From an uncultured Pseudomonadota bacterium (GTDB taxonomy: Bacteria; Pseudomonadota; Alphaproteobacteria; Rs-D84; CACZYB01): a stretch of DNA of 64,000 bases. Under the pieces are notes generated by a model. It saw nothing but the letters and a program-made list of their open reading frames with translations. It searched no databases and was not told the origin of the DNA. Shown here piece by piece: positions 49,208-58,989 of the stretch. Each line of letters starts with the position of its first letter. Position 1 is the stretch's first letter. The position numbers and the translations under genes are program-made. The stretch is taken from contig CACZYB010000001.1 in assembly GCA_902785275.1 (NCBI GenBank), forward strand, positions 192,001-256,000, written 5' to 3'.

Positions 49208-49510
49208 TTAGAAATCTTCTTCTTCATCAGAGTAGTAATTTGTTTTTGATACAGTTTGTTCATCACTATCCATATCAAAGAACATTTCCGATTCGGAAAG
49301 ATCAACCACTTCATCGTTAACATCTAATTCTTCTATTTGATCTACTGGTTTAACTTCAGTCTTTTTCTTTTTTCTGATAAATTCAATTTCGTCTTCCTCA
49401 GTTAAGTTCTTTTTACACTTAGGACAAACGATAACTTCCTTTTTCATATCATAAAACATAGCGCCACAAAAAGGACAAATATGTTTCTTACCCCAGTTTT
49501 CTTTAACCAT
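49208..49510 (-). CDS. FYDLN-acid domain protein
   Basis: WGKKHICPFCGAMFYDM...CPKC plus acidic tail. Confidence 0.88.
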   Translation of the reverse strand: MVKENWGKKHICPFCGAMFYDMKKEVIVCPKCKKNLTEEDEIEFIRKKKKTEVKPVDQIEELDVNDEVVDLSESEMFFDMDSDEQTVSKTNYYSDEEEDF

Positions 49511-49583
49511 AATATAGACCTCTCTATTTAATAGATTAAACACTTGAAAAATATAACCATATAAGAAAAAGTCAAGAAAAAAG

Positions 49584-50285
49584 TTACCAAGCCTTACAAA
49601 GATTTTTTACTCTCTGATATTCTTCTTTGCTATCATAGGTATTATTATTTTCAATCAAAGCCTTTTCTAGCTTTGATCTTAAGATTTTTATGTTCCTATT
49701 TTCGAACACCATTTTTTGAATTTCATTCCCAAGTTTTTTTTCTGAAATCTTTTCATCAAAAAACATCGGACCAACATCACTTGCAATACGTCTAAGCTCT
49801 TTTAAGATTAACGAACCATAATATTTAAGTTCTTTTCTGTAAATAGCAACATGTCCCAATTCATGCTCTTTTATCGCATTATATTCACAACTACCCTCTT
49901 CATATTTATCATCTATAAGCACATCAATATTCTTGTATCCTATAGTAAAATTAATATTGGAAAGTATCGCACAAATACCATCATTTATTTTATATCTTCC
50001 AAAACCGAAGTCATATTTAATACCAAAATTCGACTTTGTAAGACCCAAAGTAGCTTTTGGGTTTTTTAAATTTTTTAAATCAGAAATTTCCTCTCTTGGT
50101 ACCGATTTAACAACAACATTACCATACTTTATTTGTGTTGTAACATTAGGTTCCTTATAGAAAGTTTCACAAAGTTCATTTGCATAAACAGGCAATGAAA
50201 AATATAAAAAGCCGGCTATTTTCAAAGTTTTTATGACAAAATTACTTAAAAGAGTCAAGATAAACCTCCACAAATTTATCTCCAT
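49584..50285 (-). CDS. Exported hypothetical protein downstream of virB4
   Basis: Signal-like segment ending VYA; HELGH HExxH motif; 4 Cys; true start uncertain. Confidence 0.65.
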   Translation of the reverse strand: MEINLWRFILTLLSNFVIKTLKIAGFLYFSLPVYANELCETFYKEPNVTTQIKYGNVVVKSVPREEISDLKNLKNPKATLGLTKSNFGIKYDFGFGRYKINDGICAILSNINFTIGYKNIDVLIDDKYEEGSCEYNAIKEHELGHVAIYRKELKYYGSLILKELRRIASDVGPMFFDEKISEKKLGNEIQKMVFENRNIKILRSKLEKALIENNNTYDSKEEYQRVKNLCKAW

Positions 50286-52677
50286 GAAGTTTTCTTAATT
50301 CTTCAACCAAAAGAACTTGCTTTCTACCACTATTAAATATTTGAAGATATGGACCAAGTCCTGATAAATCAACATTCAAGATAACAGATTCATCAATAGA
50401 AGGTTTTCTAAACAATATTGCATATTTCAAATCTTTAAATATCTTTCCTTGAATAAATGCCATTTCCTTTGGTGTAAGGTTCCAACTTTCGTAATCTTCA
50501 ACCCTTGCTTGAACGTTTCTAAAGAATATTTGTGTCTGGCATTGACCACGAATAACTTCACCAATTCCAAGTTTATCCAAAACATTTGGTTGCTGGAATG
50601 CTGCCAAATAAGCTTGTCTTTTCTTTCGACCTTCCTGAAGACCTATCACAAAATTCTTTCTGAATTCTGGATTTTGAAGCATAGGAGCAGTTTCATCGAT
50701 TATAATAAGTGATGGATCACCAGTTCTTCCGGTAATATTTTGTATCCTGTTCATAATATAACTAACTACCGCCGGTGCCAAAGTTCCATCTTCAAAAATA
50801 TATGTAAAATCAAATGCAGTAAATCTATTTGATAAATCCAAATTATCGCTATCACTATTAAAAAGCTCTCCATATTGGTTATCATCAACCCATCTGAATA
50901 ACTCCCTTCTCATTTTTCCAGCAGGTGAAAAACATGATTTATAAAGGTTTTTAAGAGAACGTTTTTCAGGTTCCAAATAATCAAATGCAGTTGTCACCGC
51001 ACGCGCAATTTCATTCTCACTTACCGCATCATTAACCAAAGTTATTTCCTTAAGCCATCTTCTTAAAAAAGCTCTATTTTCAGGATTATCATCAATTCTA
51101 AATGGATTAAGATGAGCAATAGTTCCTGTTTTCTTAATATCCTTATCTTTTGTATCACCATCAAAATTTATGTAAGAACCACCTATTGCATGGGTAAAAA
51201 TCTCCGCACCCCTGTATCTATCAAAGAAGAAGCATTTCAAATCTTTAAAACGTAATGATTGCCCAGCCAAGAAAGAATAAAGAGTTGTTTTACCTTGTCC
51301 AGTAGGACCAATCGCAACAGTATGAGCCACCGCAGTAGGTTCCTCAGAAACATGAAATTCGAATTGATAAGCAGTTCCCTGATATGTTGGAAAAATTGCA
51401 ACCGGTCCCTCACCCCAATCACACTTTGAAAAACCTTCTGGTTGCTTTTCAAAATTAAAACTTGTTGCCACAGCACGTGAAAGCATTTTATACATTCTTG
51501 GGTACTTATCATATGTTGGAAATTGAGAGAACCATGATGCCTGAGCCACCCAACCTTCACGTACAGGTGTAATACCATAAAGACGACAAACCTTTTCTAT
51601 TTCAAATACAACTGCATCAAGTTCTTTTAAGCTATCCGCACTAACAAAAAATGTTTCAGCATAATTTACCAATGTCTGATGATCTTCATCACCCTGTTCT
51701 ATCAAAGCCAAAGCATCATCAAATTGTCTTAAAACATCATATGAAAAAGTTGTTGAACTTGCCATTCTTCGTTGATTAACCAAAACCATCTGTGCTTTAA
51801 GTTTTGATATTGGGAAAAGGTTATGAAGTACAGTAATTTCAAAATTCTTTGATAATATATCGGAAAGCATTTGTTCATCAACACTGCTTGCCTGTTGCTT
51901 TATTCCAACAACAGCCATATATTTTGTTCTGTTACCAGATGTAAATCTTATATATCCCTTATTACTAAAAAAAATTTCATCTGATACCAAAAGTTCAGAA
52001 ATTCTATCATAAATAATATTTTCAGACTTTGGATTTGGTCTACTTATCGGATTAATAACATGCGCAAAAAATGCAAGAGGACTTTCTTTTACACCATCTT
52101 CTTTTAAAATATCTACACCAAAATTTGAAAGAACCGCCTGCAAAGTAGATGTTGCAGTATCCAAATCTTTCATTGCATCCTTTCTATCATTAACAGAAAG
52201 AACAATATAGTGAGTATTCATAAAAATCTCACTTTGAGCTTCATTCCATTTTTCGCTTATATCTTTCAAAAGTTTATTATAGTTATTAACGACCTTATCG
52301 GAATGAACTTTTTCTCTTATGGTAAAAATACGTGTTTCAACACTTATCTCGGAAAGACTATCAATCCATTTCTTTCTATCTTCCAAAAACTCCTGAATAA
52401 CTTCACGCTTTGCAAAGGCAAGAGAAACACCATTAACCTTAAAAACTCTAACTAATGTACCATTCTGACAAAGTATAGTTTTTTTATCGTTTAAAATTCT
52501 TTCAAAAGGAAGATAATTAACAAGTCTTGTATCAAAAGGCTTTGGAAGAAAAATATTTACCTTATCAGACATAAATACAACAATAATAACAGCAATCGCT
52601 ATCAACGAAATAACCAAACCCCAATAATAAGAATTTGATAAACCAGCAACTAAAACATTTTCTAAATTAAAGTTCAT
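50242..52677 (-). CDS. virB4: Type IV secretion ATPase VirB4
   Basis: GPTGQGKT Walker A, FFDRYRGAE, LNPF, IIIDE; follows the VirB3-like gene. Confidence 0.9.
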   Translation of the reverse strand: MNFNLENVLVAGLSNSYYWGLVISLIAIAVIIVVFMSDKVNIFLPKPFDTRLVNYLPFERILNDKKTILCQNGTLVRVFKVNGVSLAFAKREVIQEFLEDRKKWIDSLSEISVETRIFTIREKVHSDKVVNNYNKLLKDISEKWNEAQSEIFMNTHYIVLSVNDRKDAMKDLDTATSTLQAVLSNFGVDILKEDGVKESPLAFFAHVINPISRPNPKSENIIYDRISELLVSDEIFFSNKGYIRFTSGNRTKYMAVVGIKQQASSVDEQMLSDILSKNFEITVLHNLFPISKLKAQMVLVNQRRMASSTTFSYDVLRQFDDALALIEQGDEDHQTLVNYAETFFVSADSLKELDAVVFEIEKVCRLYGITPVREGWVAQASWFSQFPTYDKYPRMYKMLSRAVATSFNFEKQPEGFSKCDWGEGPVAIFPTYQGTAYQFEFHVSEEPTAVAHTVAIGPTGQGKTTLYSFLAGQSLRFKDLKCFFFDRYRGAEIFTHAIGGSYINFDGDTKDKDIKKTGTIAHLNPFRIDDNPENRAFLRRWLKEITLVNDAVSENEIARAVTTAFDYLEPEKRSLKNLYKSCFSPAGKMRRELFRWVDDNQYGELFNSDSDNLDLSNRFTAFDFTYIFEDGTLAPAVVSYIMNRIQNITGRTGDPSLIIIDETAPMLQNPEFRKNFVIGLQEGRKKRQAYLAAFQQPNVLDKLGIGEVIRGQCQTQIFFRNVQARVEDYESWNLTPKEMAFIQGKIFKDLKYAILFRKPSIDESVILNVDLSGLGPYLQIFNSGRKQVLLVEELRKLHGDKFVEVYLDSFK

Positions 52678-52691
52678 TTTGTATTATTCCT

Positions 52692-52985
52692 CTAGGCTGT
52701 AAACTTATTACCCTTTTCTCTAATTAAATTCTTTGTTCTTGCCCTAATATTTTTTCTTGAGGCTATAATATTATCAATATGAGGTTCATTTTTTCCAATA
52801 ATCACTGCAATAAAGTGTAAAAATATGAACATCACAATAGGAATCCACATATAAACACCAAAACCGGTAATTAGAAACAAAATAATAAATGCAAAGGAAA
52901 AAGCAACATTCAAAAGAAAAAGTCCGAATGGTGCGAAAAAAACCTGCATAGGTTGAGCCACAGATTTAAGTAATTCCTCTTTCAA
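52692..52985 (-). CDS. virB3: VirB3-like T4SS membrane protein
   Basis: 97 aa, two TMs, P-M-x-x-F-x-A-P N-terminus and H...EPH motif; directly upstream of virB4. Confidence 0.75.
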   Translation of the reverse strand: MKEELLKSVAQPMQVFFAPFGLFLLNVAFSFAFIILFLITGFGVYMWIPIVMFIFLHFIAVIIGKNEPHIDNIIASRKNIRARTKNLIREKGNKFTA

Positions 52986-53058
52986 AAATTCCCCCTCTTA
53001 TAATATATTAATATTATAAAATCATTATAAAATAAAAGCAATAATAAAACAAGGAATT

Positions 53059-53616
53059 TTAAGAATTCTGTTTATTTCGTCTTTCTATACGATATTTTTC
53101 AAACTTCATTGTAACTTTGTATCCAACAATAGAAAAAACAACAGCCCATGGTAAACAACCAACAACCATAGAAACGCCCCAATCTTTAAGAAGTATCTTA
53201 AAAAGTAATCCCCACTTTTCTACAAAACCTAAATCACCCATAAACGCTTCTTTAAAAATACTTGAAAGCTTTCCATAACCGTTTATATCAGAAATATTTC
53301 CACGTAAAATCTGCCCTGTAACATAGAATATATAATATACAGGTATCATAGTAAATACATTGGTAACCCATGTATAGGCAATTCCAAGTACAAGTGAAAA
53401 ATCAATATGCAAAACTTTCTTAAAGAAAACCCATGTCATAAAAACAATCCACATCTGTATTCCAACCAAAGGAGTCATTGCCCAAAAAAGACCAACTGCA
53501 ACACCCAAAGCTTTAACTTCTGGTGGTAAAGAAAGTCTTGCTACTGGAACAACCAATTTCATTTTCAAAAGTCTTTGTAATCTTTCTTTCAATGTATATT
53601 TCTTATGTTTTACCAT
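53059..53616 (-). CDS. DUF2062-family membrane protein
   Basis: PEVKALGVAVGLFWAMTPLVGIQ...WVTNVFT. Confidence 0.85.
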   Translation of the reverse strand: MVKHKKYTLKERLQRLLKMKLVVPVARLSLPPEVKALGVAVGLFWAMTPLVGIQMWIVFMTWVFFKKVLHIDFSLVLGIAYTWVTNVFTMIPVYYIFYVTGQILRGNISDINGYGKLSSIFKEAFMGDLGFVEKWGLLFKILLKDWGVSMVVGCLPWAVVFSIVGYKVTMKFEKYRIERRNKQNS

Positions 53617-53915
53617 AATATTTTAAATCCTATCTTATTGATTTTACAAAATAATTTTTAAATTTATAAAAATATTAACAAATTAAATTTAAATATAACA
53701 CCAAAAATAAACTTGTCAATTATAATTATAAAAATAAAATTTAAACATATAAATAAACTTAACTATTTGTTTTTACAATAAAAATATCTTATAAAAAGCA
53801 AATCTTTATATTTTATAAGTTATTCTTAATTAATCAAAAAATTATTATAAATATTATTATGAAAATTTTCAAAAAAAATCACCTCGTGTAAGACGAGGTT
53901 TAATTCTTTAACTTA

Positions 53916-54062
53916 GGTAACAGGATTGCTCGGGATAATATCCCCCATCCTTAAAGACCACTCTCGAAACCGTTCGTTAAAACTCACCGAATCAACTTCG
54001 CATGGTTTAATTTATCTAATCAAAGCAAAAATAAAATCCCATCGAAATGGGATTTGATTTTA
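53916..54062 (-). repeat. tRNA-linked module, copy 2 (after tRNA-Gln)
   Basis: Minus strand: TAAAATCAAA-hairpin-TTTGCTTTGAT..TTAAACCATGCGAAG..TTCGGTGAG..CGAACG..GAGCAATCC, colinear with 2308-2448. Confidence 0.8.
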
Positions 54063-54137
54063 TGGCTGGGGTGGCTGGATTCGAACCAACGAATGGCGGA
54101 ACCAAAACCCGCTGCCTTACCACTTGGCGACACCCCA
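54063..54137 (-). tRNA. tRNA-Gln(TTG)
   Basis: TGGGGTG...TTTTGGT...CACCCCAGCCA. Confidence 0.96.
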
Positions 54138-54180
54138 AAAGATGTATACATAATATAATATATTTTTAAAAAATCAACAA

Positions 54181-54399
54181 CTATTTTAAAAAGTTAAATC
54201 TTTTAATTAAATTTCCATCTTTTTCAACAGTTTCCAAAAACATTTTCTTTGGTCGGACCCAAATCTGTCCATCACCATATAATGCTTTGTAAACAACCAT
54301 CTCTTCTAAATTCTCACTATCTTTAGCAAGAGCTAAAACTTTATACTCATTTCCTTTAAAATGTTTATAAGTACCACCAATTATAACTTTTTCTTCCAT
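54181..54399 (-). CDS. DUF1653-domain protein
   Basis: YKHFKGNEY...VVYKALYG...WVRP..MF. Confidence 0.9.
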   Translation of the reverse strand: MEEKVIIGGTYKHFKGNEYKVLALAKDSENLEEMVVYKALYGDGQIWVRPKKMFLETVEKDGNLIKRFNFLK

Positions 54400-54411
54400 A
54401 ATTTTTTCCAA

Positions 54412-54649
54412 ACTGTTAATAAATTGTTAATAACTTTTGTAAATATGTTAATATCTTTATCATTTTAAATCAATCAACAAATCTATTAACATGTGAATAA
54501 CTTTAATAAAATTTCAAAAATTGTTAATAACTAAAAAAAGAATCCCTATTTTAAGGGATTCCATATAATAAAAAATAATTTTTTTCTGTGAATAAGTGGA
54601 CTCAAAACTATTAATAAACAGTTTTCACAGGCCCTACAACAAAAACTAT
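54412..54649. other. Probable replication origin (oriC)
   Basis: DnaA boxes TGTGAATAA at 54492 and 54587, three TGTTAATAA variants, a CtrA-type box at 54415-54430, and TTTTCACAG-GCCC-trio-like tract; next to parAB/parS. Confidence 0.7.
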
Positions 54650-55534
54650 TTATATATTATTTAGTTTTGTGGTTATGTTGTTAAGTTCAGACAAATCATT
54701 AAACTTAATAACAATTTCACCTTTCTTACCTTTAAGTTTAATATCTACTTTTGCATTCAAGGTATCAGAAAGATTTTCACGTAAAGAGATTAACTCACTT
54801 GTAAGTTCATTTGACTCTTCAGAAGAAGTTTCATTTTTCTTTACAGGTTTTACTATATCCTCTGCTTCCTTAACTGTCATATCACCTTTCAATATTGATT
54901 TTGCCATCTTTATTGGATTTTCTTTTCCAACTAAAGTTCTTGCAATACTGTATGAAAGATCTCCATTATTAACCATATCTTGAACTTCCTGAGGAAGATA
55001 AAGAAGTCTTAAAACATTTGCAATGTATGAACGGCTTTTATTAACTATCTTTGCAATATCTTCCTGAGTGTAATCAAAAGAGTTCATAAGTTTCTTGTAA
55101 CCATTAGCTTCTTCGATAGGTGAAAGATTTTCTCTTTGTAAATTTTCAATCAAACCTATCTCAAAAGTTTCTTTATCTGATAATTCTTTGATTATAGCTG
55201 GAATTTCAGTTATTCCAGCAAAAGTACTAGCTCTCCATCTTCTTTCACCAGCAATAATTTCATACATATTTGGCTGGGTTTTTAGTTCTCTAACTAAAAT
55301 TGGTTGTAAAACACCATTTTTTTCAATAGATGAAGCTAATTCTTTTAATTGATCTTCCTTAAAATTTTTTCTTGGCTGATCTTTATTTGGAACTATATTA
55401 CCAACAGGAATATATTTTATATCACCCTGCTCTACTTCTGTCTCTGAATTTGGATTTTTAAAAACAGGAACTTCTTTTTGCTTATTTTCAAAAAAAGTTG
55501 ATAAACCTTTTCCTAATCTTGACTCTACTTTCAT
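54650..55534 (-). CDS. parB: Chromosome partitioning protein ParB
   Basis: LGKGLS, QPRKNF, IIAGERRWRA, ENLQRENL. Confidence 0.97.
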   Translation of the reverse strand: MKVESRLGKGLSTFFENKQKEVPVFKNPNSETEVEQGDIKYIPVGNIVPNKDQPRKNFKEDQLKELASSIEKNGVLQPILVRELKTQPNMYEIIAGERRWRASTFAGITEIPAIIKELSDKETFEIGLIENLQRENLSPIEEANGYKKLMNSFDYTQEDIAKIVNKSRSYIANVLRLLYLPQEVQDMVNNGDLSYSIARTLVGKENPIKMAKSILKGDMTVKEAEDIVKPVKKNETSSEESNELTSELISLRENLSDTLNAKVDIKLKGKKGEIVIKFNDLSELNNITTKLNNI

Positions 55535-55544
55535 ATTTCCCTCC

Positions 55545-56354
55545 TTAAGCTACTTTTTTAAGATTTTTATTTTCATTTCTTGTTATGAATTCAGCAGCTA
55601 AATTTATATAAGCTTGACTTCCCATACAATCTAAATCATATAAAATAACAGGTTTTCCATGTGAAGGAGCCTCTGAAATTCTTACATTTCTTGGTATTAA
55701 TGTATTAAAAACAAGTTCTCCAAAACAATTTCTTACATCTTTTTCAACAAGCTCAGAAAGTTTATTTCTTCTATCATACATAGTAAGTAAAACACCTTCA
55801 ATTTCCAGTTCGTTATTAATATTTTGTTGAACAAGTTGTATTGTATTCATAAGATGACTTACACCTTCTAATGCAAAAAATTCACATTGTAATGGTATCA
55901 TAACAGAGTCAGATGCACCTAAAGCATTAAGTGTTAAAAAGCCAAGTGCTGGTGGACAATCTATTAAAATATAGTCATATTCTGATAAAAATTGATTTTT
56001 TTGAAAAAGATAACGTAATTTTAAAGTTTTTTCTTCCATATTTGCAAGATCAATTTCAGCAGCAGAAAGATCAATAGAAGCCGGAATTACATCTAAATTT
56101 TTTATTTTTGTTTGTTTTATTACTTCTTTAAAAGTATTTTTTTCAAAAAGTAAAGAATAAATATCTTCATTTCTTTCATTTTGTTCAATTCCAAGACCTG
56201 TACTTGCATTTCCTTGAGGATCAAAATCTATTACTAAAACTTTTTTATCTATTGTCGCAAGTGCAGTTGCTAAATTTATAGCTGTTGTTGTTTTACCAAC
56301 CCCGCCTTTTTGGTTTGTTATTGATATTATTTTTGTATTTTGAAATATTGTCAT
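55545..56354 (-). CDS. parA: Chromosome partitioning ATPase ParA
   Basis: NQKGGVGKTT, DPQGN, DCPP, SEAPSHGKP. Confidence 0.97.
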   Translation of the reverse strand: MTIFQNTKIISITNQKGGVGKTTTAINLATALATIDKKVLVIDFDPQGNASTGLGIEQNERNEDIYSLLFEKNTFKEVIKQTKIKNLDVIPASIDLSAAEIDLANMEEKTLKLRYLFQKNQFLSEYDYILIDCPPALGFLTLNALGASDSVMIPLQCEFFALEGVSHLMNTIQLVQQNINNELEIEGVLLTMYDRRNKLSELVEKDVRNCFGELVFNTLIPRNVRISEAPSHGKPVILYDLDCMGSQAYINLAAEFITRNENKNLKKVA

Positions 56355-56524
56355 ATTTCCTCCTGATTTGTTTTTATATATTAAAAATATAAGATTTTTT
56401 TAGAATCTTTGCAAGAAATTTTTAATTATTACCGGTATTTTTTTTATTTATATCGAATTTATTATTAAAAATTATAAAATTTTTAAAAGTTAATATATTG
56501 TTTTTACAGAGAAATAGTTGAAAT

Positions 56525-56540
56525 TGTTTCACGTGAAACA
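56525..56540. promoter_or_regulatory. parS centromere site
   Basis: Perfect TGTTTCACGTGAAACA, within a 24-bp palindrome, upstream of parA. Confidence 0.95.
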
Positions 56541-56575
56541 ATTTTATTGAAAATTAAAATTTTTGTATAAAATAA

Positions 56576-57133
56576 TTATTTTTTAGAAATATTTGTTATT
56601 TTTATAATAAAACCATCTTGTTTTTTATTTAAAACAAAATTAAAATTCCAATTAATTTTTGCTTTATTTATTTCTTCATTTATGTTTTCACCTTTAAGTA
56701 AATACATTTCAGTTTTATCATAAATAATATTTTCACATAGATCTAAAAATTTATCTAATGGTGCAAAAGCACGTCCAATTATTGTATTAGCTTTTGATTT
56801 AATTTTTTCCACACGATCGTTTATAATATTGCAATCAATATTATATTCTTTTTTTATTTCTTTAAGAAAAAAGCATTTTCTTTCATCTGCTTCAATAAAA
56901 TTTATTCCTTTTATACCGGCAACGCTTAAAACCATACCTGGAAAACCACCACCACTACCTATATCATAGATATTTTCTTTATCTTTTAAATAATCATAAA
57001 GATATAAACTGTCTTTAAAATGTCTTTCCCAAATAGAAGGTATTGTTTTTGGGCTGATAAGGTTTATCGCCTTTTGCCATTTTAAAAGAATTTTTATATA
57101 ATTTTCAAATTTTTCTTTTTTTATTTCAGTCAT
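56576..57133 (-). CDS. rsmG: 16S rRNA m7G527 methyltransferase RsmG (GidB)
   Basis: WQKAINLIS, RHFKDS, DIGSGGGFPG, RAFA. Confidence 0.95.
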   Translation of the reverse strand: MTEIKKEKFENYIKILLKWQKAINLISPKTIPSIWERHFKDSLYLYDYLKDKENIYDIGSGGGFPGMVLSVAGIKGINFIEADERKCFFLKEIKKEYNIDCNIINDRVEKIKSKANTIIGRAFAPLDKFLDLCENIIYDKTEMYLLKGENINEEINKAKINWNFNFVLNKKQDGFIIKITNISKK

Positions 57134-57202
57134 TTTTTATACTTTTTTTTAAACGTTTTTTGTGGTATAATATATTATATATAATATAAGGTATACAAGA
57201 AA

Positions 57203-58927
57203 ATGCAAAATAAAAAAGTAAAAAATATATTTTCAACAATTTTTATTATTGGATTTATTTCCTTTTTGTTTTTAGCGTACGTTTTTGAAAATTCAGAAAT
57301 TATAGTAAAAACAAAAAATTATGAATCTAATGATTTATTAAAAGAAAATAAATATGGACTTTTTTTATCAAGCTTTCATGCTAATATTTCTGGTGATTTT
57401 CCTAAACTTTCATCTATTTATCCAGATGCAATCTCTCAAAATAAAGATGATTTTTTGGGAAAAGAACTTATATTAAAATCAATAACAAGTGATAAAAAGG
57501 ATACTTTTTCTTTTGCATTAAAAGAATATCAAAAAAATAAAAATAATATAATTCCAGTAATGTACCTTGCTAATGATTATTTTTTAAAAGGTAATTATAA
57601 AAAAGCGTATGATATTTATAATGGTATGGGTGAAAAATCTGAAACCTTTATTATTAAGCTGTTACGTTCATGGATTTTGATTGCTCAAAATAATTACGAA
57701 GAAGCATTGGATCTTCTTGAAACAGAAATTGAAAATCCTGCTTTTCGTAAATATGTTTTAATGCATCTTGGTGCTCAGGCTGAAATTGCAAAAGATTTTG
57801 ATTATGCAGATGAAATTTATACGGAACTTTTAAATAATAATGATTTAAATATTTTTGATATTGAAAATATTACTGCTTTTTATTTAAAAAGAAATAATAA
57901 AAATAAAGCAATGGAAATTTTAAATGATTATTATAATAAAAAGCCGGATTCAATATCTATTTTATCATTGTTAAGTAAAATTAAAAAAGATTTATATAAA
58001 CCAGTATCTCTTGATACTGCAAAAAAAGGAATGGCAAAAGCTTTATTTGATATTTCATTTCTTTTGAATTCAGTTTTTTCATCAGCACAAGATTTACATC
58101 TTATGTATCTTTCTATGATAAATGATTTGTATCCAGAACTTTATATGGCAAATATTGTACAGGCTGAAATTTATAAAAAATATTCAATGACAGAGAGTGT
58201 TTATGAATATCTTGATTTAATACCAGAAAATCATTATCTTTATTTAATATCCAGAATTAATAAAATATTTTATGATTTTTCTGTTTTAAAAAAAGAAAAG
58301 AAATCACTGGAATCTTTTAATGATTTGATTAAAAAATATCCAACCTATACACATTTATATCTTAAACTTGGAAATTATTATCAAGATATCAAAGATTATG
58401 ATAATGCTTTGAAGAATTATTCAAAAGTTTTAAGTTTAACTGAAAATAAAAAACTTCAGGCAAAAACATATTATCTTATTGCTCGTGTGTATGACGATTT
58501 AAAAGATATAGAAAAGGCTAGGGTGAATTTTGATAAATCTTATGAATTAGGAAATAACGAACCTGACTTTTTGAATTATTATGGTTATTTCCTTGTTTAT
58601 AATAACCTTGATTTTAGTAAAGGTTTAGTTTTGATTTCTGGTGCAATTATAAAGGAACCATCAAATCCATATTACCTTGATAGTTATGGTTGGGCATTAT
58701 TTAGAAATAATGATGTTGAAAAAGCTTTATTTACACTTGAATTTGCAAAAAGTTTACAACCAAAAAATCCAATCATTGTAAATCATCTTGCAGATATTTA
58801 TTGGTTTTTGGATCGTAAACGTGAAGCTATATTTGAGTGGAAAAAAGCTTTATCTTTACAAAAAAATTTTCCACAGGAAGAATTAAATTCTAATGAAATA
58901 GAATACAAAATTAATTTCGGTTTATAA
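57203..58927 (+). CDS. TPR-repeat membrane-anchored protein
   Basis: LNYYGY...YLDSYGW...HLADIYW...EA..EW C-terminal TPRs. Confidence 0.88.
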   Translation: MQNKKVKNIFSTIFIIGFISFLFLAYVFENSEIIVKTKNYESNDLLKENKYGLFLSSFHANISGDFPKLSSIYPDAISQNKDDFLGKELILKSITSDKKDTFSFALKEYQKNKNNIIPVMYLANDYFLKGNYKKAYDIYNGMGEKSETFIIKLLRSWILIAQNNYEEALDLLETEIENPAFRKYVLMHLGAQAEIAKDFDYADEIYTELLNNNDLNIFDIENITAFYLKRNNKNKAMEILNDYYNKKPDSISILSLLSKIKKDLYKPVSLDTAKKGMAKALFDISFLLNSVFSSAQDLHLMYLSMINDLYPELYMANIVQAEIYKKYSMTESVYEYLDLIPENHYLYLISRINKIFYDFSVLKKEKKSLESFNDLIKKYPTYTHLYLKLGNYYQDIKDYDNALKNYSKVLSLTENKKLQAKTYYLIARVYDDLKDIEKARVNFDKSYELGNNEPDFLNYYGYFLVYNNLDFSKGLVLISGAIIKEPSNPYYLDSYGWALFRNNDVEKALFTLEFAKSLQPKNPIIVNHLADIYWFLDRKREAIFEWKKALSLQKNFPQEELNSNEIEYKINFGL

Positions 58928-58989
58928 AAATACTCAGTAATTTTCTATACTAGTTTTATTAATATAAAGAATCCACTGGGTTTTTGTTT

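Noticed and set aside
53617-53900. Very AT-rich gap as ncRNA or origin
   Set aside because: No DnaA-box cluster or conserved structure beyond one hairpin; best read as promoter/terminator space
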